Translations under genes and position numbers: made by a program
IMG/VR virus record: IMGVR_UViG_3300048625_000156
Coordinates: 1-64,000 of that record
Length of the DNA stretch: 64,000 nt
Source: a virus
Strand: one strand, 5' to 3'
Notes under the pieces: generated by a model
Told to the model about the DNA's origin: nothing
Databases searched by the model: none
Seen by the model: only the letters and a program-made list of their open reading frames with translations
In this document: piece by piece, positions 36,332 through 46,971 of the stretch
How positions within the stretch are numbered: position 1 is the first letter of the stretch
How the letters are laid out: each line of letters begins with the position of its first letter

Positions 36332-36555
36332 TATTCCACCAGCCCATTAATCTTTGCAGGGTTGAAACCTGACCACCAGTCGTCTCCTGCGTTCACCACA
36401 GGCATTGCCTTAAAGCCCTTGTTGACTAGCATCTCAAATGCCTCTAGGTCTACGGTAACATCTACTGTGCTGTACGGCACGTTGATCTTATCTAGGCTTC
36501 TTTTGGTTGCATCACACTGTACGCATGATGGCTTTGTATATACGATTACATCCAT
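36331..36555 (-). CDS. nrdH: Glutaredoxin-like NrdH
   Basis: YTKPSCVQC.ATK...PVV...WSGF.P. Confidence 0.93.
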   Translation of the reverse strand: MDVIVYTKPSCVQCDATKRSLDKINVPYSTVDVTVDLEAFEMLVNKGFKAMPVVNAGDDWWSGFNPAKINGLVE

Positions 36556-36902
36556 TAGAACTTTACCCCATGCTTCTGTGCTCGTAGCTTGTTTACACTG
36601 GTCTTGTTTTCAAATGCGTAGTCAAGGGATACATGCGTATATCCATGCTCTACTAGACCTGCATACAGATCGAAGGTGCGGATAAGGATGTCTGCCATTT
36701 CATCTGCTACCGCTTCTGGTCCGTGAGACTTACGAATAGCCTCCATAACCTCCGTAGCCTCTGATACAATCATCATCAACTGCTTGGTCATAAAGATATC
36801 TGTTTGTTCCTGTGTGGCATCCTGGATTACATCCCAGAACCCTTTTTCTACTGCTAGTTCATGCAACTCAGTTGCAATATCGTCAAATGTTAAATTAGAC
36901 AT
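36555..36902 (-). CDS. MazG-like NTP pyrophosphohydrolase
   Basis: SEATEVMEA...DEMADILIR. Confidence 0.8.
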   Translation of the reverse strand: MSNLTFDDIATELHELAVEKGFWDVIQDATQEQTDIFMTKQLMMIVSEATEVMEAIRKSHGPEAVADEMADILIRTFDLYAGLVEHGYTHVSLDYAFENKTSVNKLRAQKHGVKF

Positions 36903-39900
36903 TGTTTACATCCTCCATAATTGTTGTTCCATCTTTAGTTTTACCCAAAGAGAATTTGTATACGTTACCCTCATCGATCTTCATGTATGCCTTGGCATAC
37001 GCTGTAGGGAATACTGTAACGCTGTGTAGCTCTCGGCTGGCATCTGCCAGAACTAGAGAAGCCATCTTCTTTCCAGCCTTGGTTACTCGTGACTTGAATG
37101 AGACTACAAACAGTTCATCCTCTTTATACGGTAACTGTCGGAAACCTAGAATCTTTGTTAGACCATTCTGTGCTGTTTTGAGTTCATCGACAGGGATAGC
37201 CTCTGTGACACGGTTATCGCTAGCCAGGATAAGATAAGTCTTTCCTGCTTCAACCTTAGACTGTTCTTCGTCAAAGATGCCAACACTGCCAGTCTTGTCT
37301 AGAATCTCTACACGAGACCAGCCCTTGCCACGCTTAATAGTTTTAACCATTCCCATAACAAGGTACGCACCCTTTTCCTCATACTCTTCAATGTCATTAA
37401 TAAACGCATAGTAGTGCTGTGGAATGGATACGTTGAACTCTGGTAGGTTCAAGTACTCGTATAGGTTCTCTTTAATCTCGTCATCATTGCGAGGATTATC
37501 AGGGAACGTTGCTGCTCCGATGAGTCGTAGTGCTGACAATGCACGAGAGTTAACTCCGTTACCCTTGCCAAATGTGAACTCTTCCAGTTCCTTGAATGAT
37601 GCAAAGGGACGTGCTGCAATGTATTTCTCAGCAATGTTATCACTAATAAACTTAATAGCAGTTAGTCCGAATCGAATACCCTTGCCCTCAATCTTGAAGT
37701 CAGCATCAGAGTCGTTGATATGTGGAAGCTTTACAGGAATGCCCATACGCTTTGCCTCAATCAGGTACTCTGTACGAGCATCCTTGTCGCTCTCGTTCTT
37801 GAGCAGAGCAAACATGAACTCTAGTGGGTGGTGATACTTCAACCATGCTGTCCAATATGATAGAGTTGAGTATGCGACAGCGTGAGACTTGTTGAACGAG
37901 TACCCTGCGTGAGCCTCAAAGTCATGCCACAGCTCTTCAGCCTGTTCTGCACGGATGTGCTTAGAAGCACCACTGACGAATCGTTCCTTGAACACGTCGA
38001 ACTCACGAGCGTCTTTCTTCTTACCAATGATCTTACGAACCTTGTCAGCCTCTGCCATCGTCATACCGCCAAGTTCTGTACAGGCAAGCATAACCTGCTC
38101 TTGGTACAGAACACAGCCGTAGGTGTCCTGTGTAAAGGACTTCATCAGCTGGTGGTGGTAAGACACGTTCTGCTTACCGTGCTTACGAGCAATGTAGTCC
38201 TTACCGATGGTGTTCATCGCACCTGGACGGACAAGAGCGTTAGATGCAGCAAGCTCATTGAAGTTCTTGACACCCATCTTGACTAGCAGGTTGGTGTAAG
38301 GTGTGGCTTCACACTGGAAGACACCCTTGGTGTATCCCTCAGAAAGCATCTTGTAGACGTTGGCATCCTCCATGTTGATGTCATGCAGGTCAATGTCTGT
38401 TCCAGAACGTTCTTCAATAATCTTGAGAGTGTCCTGAATAACAGATAGGGTCTTCAGACCCAGAGCATCAATCTTAATAAGACCAATACGCTCTGCTTCA
38501 CCCATGTCCACAGCAACCACAGGAATGCGTTCCTTGGTTCCAGGTGCTACACGAGTCTCCATTGGAGCAAACTTGAAGATAGGCTCCTTGGCAGTTACAA
38601 CACCAGCAGCGTGGATACCAGTACCACGGATACGTCCACGAAGCTTCTCACCGTAGACCTCTACCTCTGGGTACTTCTCACGGAACTCTGCAGTCTGCTT
38701 AGAGTTGCAGTAGTCGTCCCAGTCGTCCACAAGCTTAAGTACCTTGTTAACGTCAGGCAGTGGGATGTTTAGTACACGAGCAATGTCTCGCACCATACCC
38801 TTACCCTTGAATTCCAAGAACGTAGCAATGGAAGCAACGTGACGGTACTGGCGAACCAAATAGTCCTTTACTTCTTCTCGGCGTGAGTCCTGGATGTCTG
38901 TATCGATATCTGGGAAGTCGTTACGCTCTGGGTTGATGAATCGGAAGAACAGAAGACCGTGGACAATCGGATCGATGTCTGTAATCTCTAGTGCGTAGCA
39001 GAGCAGTGAACCTGCAGCAGAACCACGACCAGGACCAACCATAATGTCTTCTTTCTTAGCCCATGCAATCATAGAACGCACAACTAGGAAGTAAGGACCA
39101 AAGTTCTTATCCTTAATAATCTTTAGTTCCACATCAAGACGGTCAAGGTATTCCTGGTTCTTGTCCAGACCCTTAGCTTTGAGACCAGCCATAGCAAGTT
39201 CTTTTAGTTCCTTGTCTGGGTTCTGGTACTGTACAGGAAGCAGGTCAGCGTGGTCCTGAATGTTGTAGTCTTCAATCTTTGCTACGATGTCAAGGGTTGC
39301 CTGATACATATCTTCACGGTCAATTCCCTGTGCTTTCATAGCGTTACGCATCTCTTCGTCCGACAGCAAGTGAATGTCAAACTTGTTGAATGACATCTGA
39401 CGGTCTGCACCGTATAGGTAGTCTAGACGTTCCATTAGTGTGTCGTACTTGGTTGACTCCTGATAGGTTACATCCTTCTCAGTCTTGTTAGCATAAGAGT
39501 TGAGGATAAGCTTTAGTTCCTGAATCTCTTTCTGAGAGGTGTCTGCGTGGTGGCAGTCTGGAGTTACTACTGGAGTTACCCCGAATTCATCAGCAAGATC
39601 AAGAAGCATCTTGTTAATCTCTGCTGGGTTGTGAGGCATGACCTCAATGTAGTAGTCGTCTCCAAAGGTCTTCTTTGCCCACTGGATGTGCTCCTTGGCT
39701 ACTGCCAGGTTGTCTGCTTCGATAGCCTTGCATAGGAATCCTGACAAGCAACCAGAGGTTACAATGAGACCCTCTTTGTACTGCTCTAGAACTTCCCAGT
39801 CCATGCGAGGCTTCTTGTAGAAACCCTCAGTCCAGCCAATCTCGTTTAGCTTGTTAAGGTTCTCAAGACCCTTGGCATCCTTAGCGAGGATAACTAGGTG

Positions 39901-40170
39901 GTTGTAGTTAAGGTTAAGTAGGTCAGTCTTGTCCTTTTCTTCGTGGTCAAAACGATCTTTACAGATGTACCCCTCAACACCAAGAATTGGTTTGATACCT
40001 GCCTCTTTGGCAGCACGATACATTTCACGGTGACCAGATAGAGATCCGTGGTCAGTGATTGCAATTGCTGGCATTCCCAGCTCTACGGCACGGTCCACAT
40101 ATTCTTGTGGTGTTGCAATTCCGTCAAATAGCGAGTAGTGTGTGTGGACGTGAAGACCAGCGTAACTCAT
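36895..40170 (-). CDS. dnaE: DNA polymerase III alpha subunit
   Basis: HVHTHYS.FDG PHP domain, GRGSAAGSL, PDIDTD, YSFNKSH. Confidence 0.97.
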   Translation of the reverse strand: MSYAGLHVHTHYSLFDGIATPQEYVDRAVELGMPAIAITDHGSLSGHREMYRAAKEAGIKPILGVEGYICKDRFDHEEKDKTDLLNLNYNHLVILAKDAKGLENLNKLNEIGWTEGFYKKPRMDWEVLEQYKEGLIVTSGCLSGFLCKAIEADNLAVAKEHIQWAKKTFGDDYYIEVMPHNPAEINKMLLDLADEFGVTPVVTPDCHHADTSQKEIQELKLILNSYANKTEKDVTYQESTKYDTLMERLDYLYGADRQMSFNKFDIHLLSDEEMRNAMKAQGIDREDMYQATLDIVAKIEDYNIQDHADLLPVQYQNPDKELKELAMAGLKAKGLDKNQEYLDRLDVELKIIKDKNFGPYFLVVRSMIAWAKKEDIMVGPGRGSAAGSLLCYALEITDIDPIVHGLLFFRFINPERNDFPDIDTDIQDSRREEVKDYLVRQYRHVASIATFLEFKGKGMVRDIARVLNIPLPDVNKVLKLVDDWDDYCNSKQTAEFREKYPEVEVYGEKLRGRIRGTGIHAAGVVTAKEPIFKFAPMETRVAPGTKERIPVVAVDMGEAERIGLIKIDALGLKTLSVIQDTLKIIEERSGTDIDLHDINMEDANVYKMLSEGYTKGVFQCEATPYTNLLVKMGVKNFNELAASNALVRPGAMNTIGKDYIARKHGKQNVSYHHQLMKSFTQDTYGCVLYQEQVMLACTELGGMTMAEADKVRKIIGKKKDAREFDVFKERFVSGASKHIRAEQAEELWHDFEAHAGYSFNKSHAVAYSTLSYWTAWLKYHHPLEFMFALLKNESDKDARTEYLIEAKRMGIPVKLPHINDSDADFKIEGKGIRFGLTAIKFISDNIAEKYIAARPFASFKELEEFTFGKGNGVNSRALSALRLIGAATFPDNPRNDDEIKENLYEYLNLPEFNVSIPQHYYAFINDIEEYEEKGAYLVMGMVKTIKRGKGWSRVEILDKTGSVGIFDEEQSKVEAGKTYLILASDNRVTEAIPVDELKTAQNGLTKILGFRQLPYKEDELFVVSFKSRVTKAGKKMASLVLADASRELHSVTVFPTAYAKAYMKIDEGNVYKFSLGKTKDGTTIMEDVNNV

Positions 40171-40291
40171 TTAATTCCTTTGTTAGTAGTTTGTTGTATA
40201 TACATTATGCCACAGATATTGGTCTTTGTCAAGCCTTGAAAAGTAGTAATGGGGAGCAGCCGTTACGCCACTCCCCACCACAAATTGTTTT

Positions 40292-40948
40292 CTACCAGTC
40301 GGTGTTAGACGAGGTGACTGAAGAGCCACCACCAAAACCGAAGTAGAAGTTTTCCTGCTCTGCGTAGGCAACTTCACGAACAACCTTTTCAAGGTCAAAC
40401 GCTTCTACCTCTCCCCAGGCATATGGCTCTGTGTCAGGCTTGGTAGGAAGCAAGGTGTAGCTGGTTTCAGTTCCCTGACCATTACGCTTGATCTTCCATT
40501 CAAGGTTTGAGATTGAGCCAGTCTCAAGTGCGTATTCACGGATAGTGTTGAACGCTGACTGCTTTGAGATACCCTGTGACCATACGGCTACATAAGGGTC
40601 TTCTGTGCCATCGTCAATAATGACGTTGCAGTAGAAGCGGAGACGTGAACGCCATCCAGACTTTGGCTCCTTACGAGCCATCTCACAACCGTAGCAACGA
40701 CCCTCTGAGTCGATGGTACATGCTGCCTTGAGCTTGTAATCCTTTGGATTAGTGTGCTCTGAGATTACTACAGAAAGACCACGGTCTTCTGCATAGCTTG
40801 CTGAATCTTCGTCCAGCTCTTCGATGAATCGAATCTTTGCGGACTGACCGTCAACTAGCTTTACCCAGCGAACTTTCTGTCCATTGTTTTCGTATTTTGG
40901 CTTGTCAACAATTGCGTTGATATCTTTAAGCCCTCTGATGATACTCAT
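40292..40948 (-). CDS. Single-stranded DNA-binding protein (gp32-like, Zn-binding)
   Basis: Position between primase and polymerase; C...CYGC; KRNGQGTET.Y; C-terminal DW. Confidence 0.65.
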   Translation of the reverse strand: MSIIRGLKDINAIVDKPKYENNGQKVRWVKLVDGQSAKIRFIEELDEDSASYAEDRGLSVVISEHTNPKDYKLKAACTIDSEGRCYGCEMARKEPKSGWRSRLRFYCNVIIDDGTEDPYVAVWSQGISKQSAFNTIREYALETGSISNLEWKIKRNGQGTETSYTLLPTKPDTEPYAWGEVEAFDLEKVVREVAYAEQENFYFGFGGGSSVTSSNTDW

Positions 40949-40975
40949 ATATGTTTCTCCTAATTGGTTGGATTT

Positions 40976-41920
40976 CTATTGTAGCATAGAGACTATGGTT
41001 TTGTCAAATGTTTCATCAAGATTTTTTATATCTTCATTTGACATGTCGCCAATGTCTTTATACTTTTTATCTAGTGTTACTACGGTTACACGGTTGCCAA
41101 GCTTTTCAATTAGCTTAGACTTCATGTTACCGCCAGCTTCATCGTTATCAGCAATGACGATGATGTCATTGAAATACTTCTGAAGAAGTTCTATTTGGAT
41201 CTTAGAGACGTTTGCCCCTAGCGTAGCTACCGCAGGAAAACCGCATTGGTCAAGTCGAATAGCATCAAATGATGACTCAACTACATAGACTTTCCCTGCA
41301 GCTTTTACACGATGGAGATTAAAAAGAACCTTGCTCTTGGGCAGTCCAGGAGTGTTCTTGAACTCCTTGCCCTCTACAGAGCGTCCTACGAAACCGATGT
41401 CGATACCATCTGGAGATGCTACAGGAATAGTCACCATGTCTTGCTTCTCTGAAAAGCCTAGGTTAAACTTCTTTATAGATGCTTCTGTAATTAGTCTACC
41501 ATTGTAGTATCGCATAGCACGAGGAGACTCCAATGCTTGCTGGTTTAATCTTTTAATCTGGATCTCGTCATATGGAACGTAGTCTGGTTTTTGAACGAGC
41601 TTCTGATTAACCTGGTCTTCAATATTGGATGGAACGCTCTTGGAGTTGATGTACCGTGCTGATTCGAAGTATGTGCGACCAGAGGTGTGCATAATAAGTT
41701 CGGTCAGGTCACAGACATGCTGGCAAGAAAAGCAGAAAAAGAAACCAGACACCTTGTCTACTTCACCTGCTGGTGAACGGTGGTTGTTGTGAAAAGGACA
41801 GAAAATAATGTAATCAGAATCTACTTCTGATTCAATTGAGATTCCTGATCCTGTAATGACTCGCTTGATTTGCTCTGGGGTGTACCCAGAACCTCTGTTC
41901 CGTCTATTCCGATTATCCAT
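40976..41920 (-). CDS. dnaG: DNA primase (CHC2 zinc finger + Toprim)
   Basis: CPFH...CFSC; VVES.FD; DNDEAG; KDIGD. Confidence 0.9.
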   Translation of the reverse strand: MDNRNRRNRGSGYTPEQIKRVITGSGISIESEVDSDYIIFCPFHNNHRSPAGEVDKVSGFFFCFSCQHVCDLTELIMHTSGRTYFESARYINSKSVPSNIEDQVNQKLVQKPDYVPYDEIQIKRLNQQALESPRAMRYYNGRLITEASIKKFNLGFSEKQDMVTIPVASPDGIDIGFVGRSVEGKEFKNTPGLPKSKVLFNLHRVKAAGKVYVVESSFDAIRLDQCGFPAVATLGANVSKIQIELLQKYFNDIIVIADNDEAGGNMKSKLIEKLGNRVTVVTLDKKYKDIGDMSNEDIKNLDETFDKTIVSMLQ

Positions 41921-42165
41921 TCGCTCTTCCTTGTTCCTACATATGTTCCATATATTGATAGTAAAAAATTAAAATTTTCTTTTGCCTCGTTATATTGTAT
42001 CGTAAAGTCTGGGTCTATGTCAAGCCTTTGGGCATATCCATTTAGTTTCATTTCGATTCTAAGGAGGCGAATGTATTCCTGCTTTAACCTAGGAATAGCA
42101 GCTTCGTCGTGGATAGACCCATCAAGTTTAAATATCTTGATAGGCTTGTGATGTATATACTTCAT
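41821..42165 (-). CDS. Hypothetical protein
   Basis: Leaderless TATAAT-N6-ATG. Confidence 0.7.
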   Translation of the reverse strand: MKYIHHKPIKIFKLDGSIHDEAAIPRLKQEYIRLLRIEMKLNGYAQRLDIDPDFTIQYNEAKENFNFLLSIYGTYVGTRKSEWIIGIDGTEVLGTPQSKSSESLQDQESQLNQK

Positions 42166-42179
42166 ACATCAATTATAGA

Positions 42180-43400
42180 CTATTTTTCTTCAAAGTCCTT
42201 GTACTTGTACCAGCCCTTGTCGAAGTCTACCTGGACCAGGAACTCGCCCATGAATCCGTTACGGTTCTTGCGGAACACGCACTCAAGGATGTCAGAGTTA
42301 GTTGCACGACCCAGGGCAAGTAGCCAGTCAGCATCGTAGGCAATCTGACGTGACCATGAGGTCTGTCCCAATGTAGGAACAGTATCTAGCTTGGTAACGT
42401 CATCTGGTGTTGCAGACGAGATGGCTACAATAGGGATCTCTTCGCTAATAGCCATAAGCTTTAGTTCACGAGAAAGGTTCTTCATGCGTACCGTTTCGTT
42501 ATCTGACTTCTGGTTAGGAGACATGAGCTGCAAGTAGTCCACAATTACGAGGTCTGGCTTGTACTGATCAATCTTACCACGGATAACAGCAGGAGTTACT
42601 TCTCCACCGTTGTCGTTTGAAATGATATGGAACTCTGGCTTACCCTCAAGTTCCTTTTTGTGCCAACGCTTAAGGTCTTCAATGTCTACCTGACCAGAAG
42701 CAAGCTTACGGTGTGACCACAATCCCTCACCCATGGTAGCAAACACACGGTTGCGAACCTCATGCTCAGACATTTCAAGTGAGATGATTAGTGGCGACTT
42801 TCCGTTCTTCCATGCCTGGACTGCTGTGTAGATTGCGAACCACGACTTACCGATACCTGGGTATGCTAGGAGAACGCCTAGCTGACCTGGAGTAATGCCA
42901 GCAGGAAGATAGTTATCAAATCCTGGGAGACCGAGCTTGATACCAATAGAGCCAAGTTCATTCTGACGAGCAAGGTTTTCAAAGTATGCAACAGCAGAAT
43001 CAATGTCAGTGGCATCAATGTCACGAATAGTGGCTGTGCTCTTCTTTAGTTCTGAAGTCTTGGTGATAAGGTCCTCTAGGGCTTTTGTCCCCTGACCAGC
43101 CTGTACTTCGGCAGCAGTAGATCGAAGTACATCCTTGAGACTATCTGTAAGGAATTCTGCCTGTAACTCTTCAAGGTGGTATTTGGTAGCACCGATGCCG
43201 TCGATAGGTGCGAAGTCTCGGAACTTGTCTACCACCAAAGATACAGGTGGAACAGTGCCATTAGTCTCAGAATAATTACGAATGAATGTCCAGATATCAT
43301 TGTGGGTTCGCAGGATATTGTCAACGTTTGCTTGTAGCAAGACGTGAACCTGCTTATCCTGTAGTACTGCTGAAATCAGCTTTGACTCTGTGTTACTCAT
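42180..43400 (-). CDS. dnaB: DnaB-like replicative helicase
   Basis: PGIGKS, SLEM, VDYLQL, SRELK, KNRNG. Confidence 0.93.
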   Translation of the reverse strand: MSNTESKLISAVLQDKQVHVLLQANVDNILRTHNDIWTFIRNYSETNGTVPPVSLVVDKFRDFAPIDGIGATKYHLEELQAEFLTDSLKDVLRSTAAEVQAGQGTKALEDLITKTSELKKSTATIRDIDATDIDSAVAYFENLARQNELGSIGIKLGLPGFDNYLPAGITPGQLGVLLAYPGIGKSWFAIYTAVQAWKNGKSPLIISLEMSEHEVRNRVFATMGEGLWSHRKLASGQVDIEDLKRWHKKELEGKPEFHIISNDNGGEVTPAVIRGKIDQYKPDLVIVDYLQLMSPNQKSDNETVRMKNLSRELKLMAISEEIPIVAISSATPDDVTKLDTVPTLGQTSWSRQIAYDADWLLALGRATNSDILECVFRKNRNGFMGEFLVQVDFDKGWYKYKDFEEK

Positions 43401-43701
43401 TTAACCACTCCTTGGCTTTCGCCCTACGTTCGGCTCTCTCTTTGAGATCCTGGACGACTCTTGCTCGTCCGTCAATAATCTTGTCTGCATAATTTGCAAA
43501 CCATTTCCAGCTTGGGGATTCTGCTACTGAGAAATAGTAGTCCAGTAGCTCGTAGCACTCTGGTAGTCCATACGATTCAATAAGGGCATCTGCAGCCCAT
43601 TGTTCAACATTTAGATTTAGCGTTACTCGTTCTTCGTAATGCTTGGTGTGAAGCTTGGCATAACGACTGAGCAAAGCCATACGGTCTTTGCGTTCAGCCA
43701 T
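43393..43701 (-). CDS. Hypothetical protein upstream of helicase
   Basis: ORF track. Confidence 0.7.
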   Translation of the reverse strand: MAERKDRMALLSRYAKLHTKHYEERVTLNLNVEQWAADALIESYGLPECYELLDYYFSVAESPSWKWFANYADKIIDGRARVVQDLKERAERRAKAKEWLNE

Positions 43702-43910
43702 TACTTACTGTCAGCCTCGTCTTGTGATTCACGAACCTTTTCAGCAAGCTTTGCTTCTACAAATGCGTAGACACGCTCAAAGGCTTCACTGGTTGTTTCT
43801 CCGTCACGCTTAGAGTCAACGACCCCAAGATCAATTCGGAGTGACTGGAAGTTACCCAGGTTAAGCGTGTATCCAAGTGACACGTTCACTTTAGTGTTTT
43901 CGTTATCCAT
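43701..43910 (-). CDS. Conserved phage hypothetical protein
   Basis: GYTLNLGNFQSLRID motif. Confidence 0.75.
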   Translation of the reverse strand: MDNENTKVNVSLGYTLNLGNFQSLRIDLGVVDSKRDGETTSEAFERVYAFVEAKLAEKVRESQDEADSK

Positions 43911-43926
43911 ACCCTATTACTCTCTT

Positions 43927-44457
43927 CTAAATAGATTCATTCCAAATGGGAATGAAGCGACCATCTTCGGTCCTTGTATATGTAAGTATACCATCTCCCA
44001 TACGTCTTGTCAACTCCTGTTTTGAAGGAGTTACATTGTTGGTGATTAGCTTATCCTTACGCTCCCTACCCTGATGGTAGGAAGCTAGTATATCACGAAT
44101 CTCACGAACTTGCGACTCTGCGTAATAACTTCTTACCTGCCACCCTGTAGCCCCACCTGGTTGTGAGCCAGTTGGTCTGGGAATAACTTCCCTCTTCATC
44201 AGAGATGGCATATACTTTTTGTGCCTGTTTACAAGATCTGCCGTTTCCCCAACGGTATAAGCACGTTCACGATTTCTTTTAAAATCGTTAACAAGACAGC
44301 TTTCTATCTGGTCCTTATTAATGTTATAAACAGACATGATTCCATTTGATCTGTTCATGTGATGTACACGAACCAGGTCTCCATTAAGAAACCACACCTT
44401 CTTGCTACCAGGAATTATTGGAGCTGTGTTATAGTCGTCAAGGGTTCTGTATGCCAT
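43927..44457 (-). CDS. MerR-like HTH DNA-binding protein
   Basis: YTVGETADLVNR...R.YY...VREI. Confidence 0.6.
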   Translation of the reverse strand: MAYRTLDDYNTAPIIPGSKKVWFLNGDLVRVHHMNRSNGIMSVYNINKDQIESCLVNDFKRNRERAYTVGETADLVNRHKKYMPSLMKREVIPRPTGSQPGGATGWQVRSYYAESQVREIRDILASYHQGRERKDKLITNNVTPSKQELTRRMGDGILTYTRTEDGRFIPIWNESI

Positions 44458-44467
44458 GCGTTACCTA

Positions 44468-44914
44468 CTAAATATTAGGAATGCCAATAGCAATGATGTT
44501 TACGCCAACAGAAGCTTTTTCAGTACCTGCACCATTGAACGATACATATCCTGTTACTCTTGAGGTGCTAACATCGTTAATGACTACAGATGAGTCACGA
44601 CCTGCGTTTGTATTCTTAATTAGAACAGGTGTTGCAGTGACCACAGGTGGGTACTTGTAGTTATTGTTAAAGTTGTATGTGAACGGTAGCTCTGTCTTGG
44701 CGTTGACGTTTGTATTGTTAGTGACTTCTACATACCCTGCAACAACTGCTAGATCATTGAGTCTGTGAGTTTCTTTGATAGTTCCGTTGTCAAATTTTGA
44801 CTCACTGAACTTTGAAGTAACCTTTGTGGAAAGACCGTTTAGTGCATCTACAATCTGATAGATGTACTGGTAGTCAATCGGTTGTCCCTGTTGTGGGATG
44901 GGAATATTTGCCAT
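44468..44914 (-). CDS. Virion/tail tip-associated protein
   Basis: F...YKYPPVVTAT...IIAIG C-terminal motif. Confidence 0.6.
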   Translation of the reverse strand: MANIPIPQQGQPIDYQYIYQIVDALNGLSTKVTSKFSESKFDNGTIKETHRLNDLAVVAGYVEVTNNTNVNAKTELPFTYNFNNNYKYPPVVTATPVLIKNTNAGRDSSVVINDVSTSRVTGYVSFNGAGTEKASVGVNIIAIGIPNI

Positions 44915-44926
44915 ACGTTAATTATA

Positions 44927-45532
44927 TCACAATGAGCCAGAGTTGTATACGGCTTCTGTAGAAACTTGTGGTGAAAGGAATACCCTGGTTTGATGCTGTG
45001 TTTCTGTAGCTGACCTGTTCACTGTGGCTAGATGCACCATAAATTGTGCATACTTTATAGAGGTCATGGTGCTTCTGTGACTTTCCATAATTGGCACAGA
45101 TAAGCTGTTGGATGTGCTTGTGGTAATGTACTCCCAGGCAGACCAGACCATGCTTCCAGAAACAATCTCTCCCCATCTTACATAACTATCAAACTTAAGA
45201 TCGTTAAGCGGTTCTGGGGTCTTAACTTCTCCATTTGAAGTTGAGAACTTCCAGCTAACGTCAAAGGATGTGCCGTGAGACTTTGTAGTTATGACTGGGG
45301 AATACTTTGCAGTAGACTCTCCTAGTGGATTTAGAATGGTCTTCTCTGTTGATACCTCCGAAAAGACAGGTGTCTTAAAGATGGAGTATTTTGGTGACCA
45401 AGACGATGTTTGTGTCCCATCCTTGGATGTAATTCTATATCTAACAGAGTATGACAGATCATCTGCAATTACTGGGAGGGCATCTTTTGGAATAATTATT
45501 TTTTGAATGCCTCTGTCTGGTGATGTAGCCAT
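44927..45532 (-). CDS. Putative tail protein
   Basis: Within tail operon; VRYRI.S.DG...S.WSP. Confidence 0.55.
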   Translation of the reverse strand: MATSPDRGIQKIIIPKDALPVIADDLSYSVRYRITSKDGTQTSSWSPKYSIFKTPVFSEVSTEKTILNPLGESTAKYSPVITTKSHGTSFDVSWKFSTSNGEVKTPEPLNDLKFDSYVRWGEIVSGSMVWSAWEYITTSTSNSLSVPIMESHRSTMTSIKYAQFMVHLATVNRSATETQHQTRVFLSPQVSTEAVYNSGSL

Positions 45533-45533
45533 G

Positions 45534-46964
45534 CTAAATCACATCCGCTACAAATCTAAACTCTATAATGTGCGACTCGTCAGACTCTTTTGTGGCTGTG
45601 GTTGGTGTTGACGTACCAGATATTGAGTAGTTGTTTTTAATAACTGTGTATCCTGTTAAGCCATAGACAGCACTTGTTGAGGATATGTTATCAAGCCTGA
45701 TGCCATCAAGTGCGATGTAGTAGTCGTCTGATACTGTTCCAGAAGTAAAGTCTGATGATGTTGCGTAGACCGATGCAAAGATTCTGACATACTTTACTGC
45801 AGACCAAGAGAATCCATTTGAGCTTGTAGACAGGTCTCTAATTGGAACACTGTTAACAAAATATCTATTGGTTGCAAAGTCTACGCCGTTTTGTCCATCT
45901 ACCAGGTCTGCCTGTAGTCTTGCATAGATTGTTGATCCTGTGATTGGGTCATCGGACCCGAATTCTGCAACTAGGATCACCTTGTATGGATCTGGCTGTG
46001 TTACGTTTTTGCTAATTACAGAGAAAGCTATCTTTACTTCGTCAAGAATTGAGTTCCTACTTAGGTCGATAGTGGTGTCAACGTGTAGGTGAGAAGATGT
46101 GTCAGCAATTACTAGGCTTCCGCTACTGTAGCTGAGCTTTGACAAGTCCCCACGAACAATAACTGAGCTGTTCTGAAATCTTGGAATCTCTAGTCTTGAT
46201 TTTCTCAATGATTCTGAAAAGGTTAGGTTGTTTGAGTTTGCTTGGAATGCCTTGTCGTCTGTGCTAAGTGATGAAACTAGCTGTACAGATCCTCCAGAAG
46301 TATATGTTCCAGATGCCGATGCACCTACATCTACTGTGAACGTTGTTCTTGAGTCGGGTACTGCTGTCACTAGAACGTTAGAAAAGTTTAGAGATGATGG
46401 TGTTACTCCAGTGATGTCAACGTAGTCTCCAACAGAAAGTCTATTGGTTGCCGTATATGTAACTAAATGATTATTCTCTGTGCTAACAGTTGCCCCAGCA
46501 ATGACTGCAAGTTTAGTTGTTGTCACGTCAATATCGCTGCCAGAACTATTTAGCTTGTCTGAGTAGAACGGTACAAGAGCTTTTGTACCTGCAGATCTGT
46601 GATACTGCCACTGCTCGTTTTGACTAAAAGAATAAAGAATCTTGCTATCAATGTTTTGAGCTACTGGGTTAGAGGCTGCTGGATATAGCCCAATTTCAGA
46701 GAACTCGTATCTATTTTCTGAAGGGATCTGTGCTGTAAGAACAATTTTTGATACGCCATCTTCAACAACATAGCCACGAGATATTACTGGAACCCTGAAC
46801 ATTTCAAAATCAAGTGATTTCTTTTCTAAATATGTATCTGTGTCAAACGAGTCTGTCTTTAGCAATGGCTTTGCACCGCAACCTAGAGCAATATATGACG
46901 CATAGGATGGAGCCTGACCTACCAGGTATTTTGAAATAATGGACTTGCCCTTGTTTGTAATCAT
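45534..46964 (-). CDS. Putative minor tail/baseplate protein
   Basis: MITNKGK..., EIGLY; tail module. Confidence 0.6.
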   Translation of the reverse strand: MITNKGKSIISKYLVGQAPSYASYIALGCGAKPLLKTDSFDTDTYLEKKSLDFEMFRVPVISRGYVVEDGVSKIVLTAQIPSENRYEFSEIGLYPAASNPVAQNIDSKILYSFSQNEQWQYHRSAGTKALVPFYSDKLNSSGSDIDVTTTKLAVIAGATVSTENNHLVTYTATNRLSVGDYVDITGVTPSSLNFSNVLVTAVPDSRTTFTVDVGASASGTYTSGGSVQLVSSLSTDDKAFQANSNNLTFSESLRKSRLEIPRFQNSSVIVRGDLSKLSYSSGSLVIADTSSHLHVDTTIDLSRNSILDEVKIAFSVISKNVTQPDPYKVILVAEFGSDDPITGSTIYARLQADLVDGQNGVDFATNRYFVNSVPIRDLSTSSNGFSWSAVKYVRIFASVYATSSDFTSGTVSDDYYIALDGIRLDNISSTSAVYGLTGYTVIKNNYSISGTSTPTTATKESDESHIIEFRFVADVI

Positions 46965-46971
46965 AGACTAA